DNA of 64,000 nucleotides from Escherichia coli (GTDB lineage Bacteria; Pseudomonadota; Gammaproteobacteria; Enterobacterales; Enterobacteriaceae): NCBI RefSeq assembly GCF_013122565.1, contig NZ_CP053258.1; one strand, 5' to 3'. Shown piece by piece: positions 63,611 to 64,000 of this stretch (position 1 is its first letter; each line of letters starts with the position of its first letter). The notes under the pieces were generated by a model. It saw only the letters and a program-made list of their open reading frames with translations, ran no database searches and was not told where the DNA came from. The position numbers and the translations under genes were made by a program.

Positions 63611-64000
63611 GTTTCAGGACGCCACGATTTAAGCGTTCTGCCTACAAATCAATTCTCCCGAACTCAACCAGATTCTCCCCACATCACCAGCATTTTGCGG
63701 GTATATCCCAATTAGGGAAAATTTGTTCCTGAGCGATAGCACTGACTGACGTGAAATGTCGTGCGGCCCCGTGATGCTGTTGAACGTCAAATGACGTCAT
63801 CAGGAGCGTAACGCATCCATAAAGCACAACACCGGTCTGAACGGCGACTGATGAGATTTTCTGAATGAGAACAAAGAGAAATTTATCAGTCCGCTTGCTC
63901 ATGCAAAGACTAACAATCCATTAAAATAGTAAGCGCTCCGGACAATTTTCCATGGATTATTTTCTGAACATTTTTCTTTGGCAAAGATGATGAATTTTGA

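Noticed and set aside
63684..63902. 72-aa minus-strand ORF downstream of pheU
   Set aside because: No recognisable domain and no clear ribosome-binding site; cannot be supported as a gene from sequence alone. Left as unannotated intergenic DNA.

Overview
This 64-kb window reads as an Escherichia coli-type chromosomal segment, inverted relative to the usual K-12 map orientation, running from the ascorbate (ula) operon to tRNA-Phe (pheU). Gene identities were recognised from the translated ORFs and from my memory of K-12 proteins and gene order; no searches were run, and feature coordinates I derived by eye may be off by 1-2 nt. Almost all of it is conserved core: ulaDCBA/ulaGR, yjfP, bsmA, yjfN, aidB, the yjfCMLKJI operon, rlmB-rnr-nsrR, purA, yjeT, hflCKX-hfq-miaA-mutL-amiB-tsaE-nnr, queG, three tandem tRNA-Gly, orn, rsgA, psd, mscM, yjeM, epmA, frdABCD, blc, gdx, ecnBA, efp, epmB, yjeJ, yjeI, groLS, yjeH, fxsA, aspA, dcuA, cutA, dsbD, yjdC and pheU. 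Three places depart from the K-12 gene order as I remember it. (1) A ~5.2-kb four-gene insertion between yjfI and rlmB encodes a UxaA/GarD-family dehydratase, an anion:cation-symporter-type MFS permease, a DapA-family lyase and a divergent IclR regulator. This is the best candidate for an uncharacterised system here, most plausibly a sugar-acid catabolic module rather than a defence or mobile element. (2) There is no ampC between frdD and blc. (3) There is no yjeN/yjeO between yjeM and mscM. No CRISPR array, prophage, IS element or integrase was seen.
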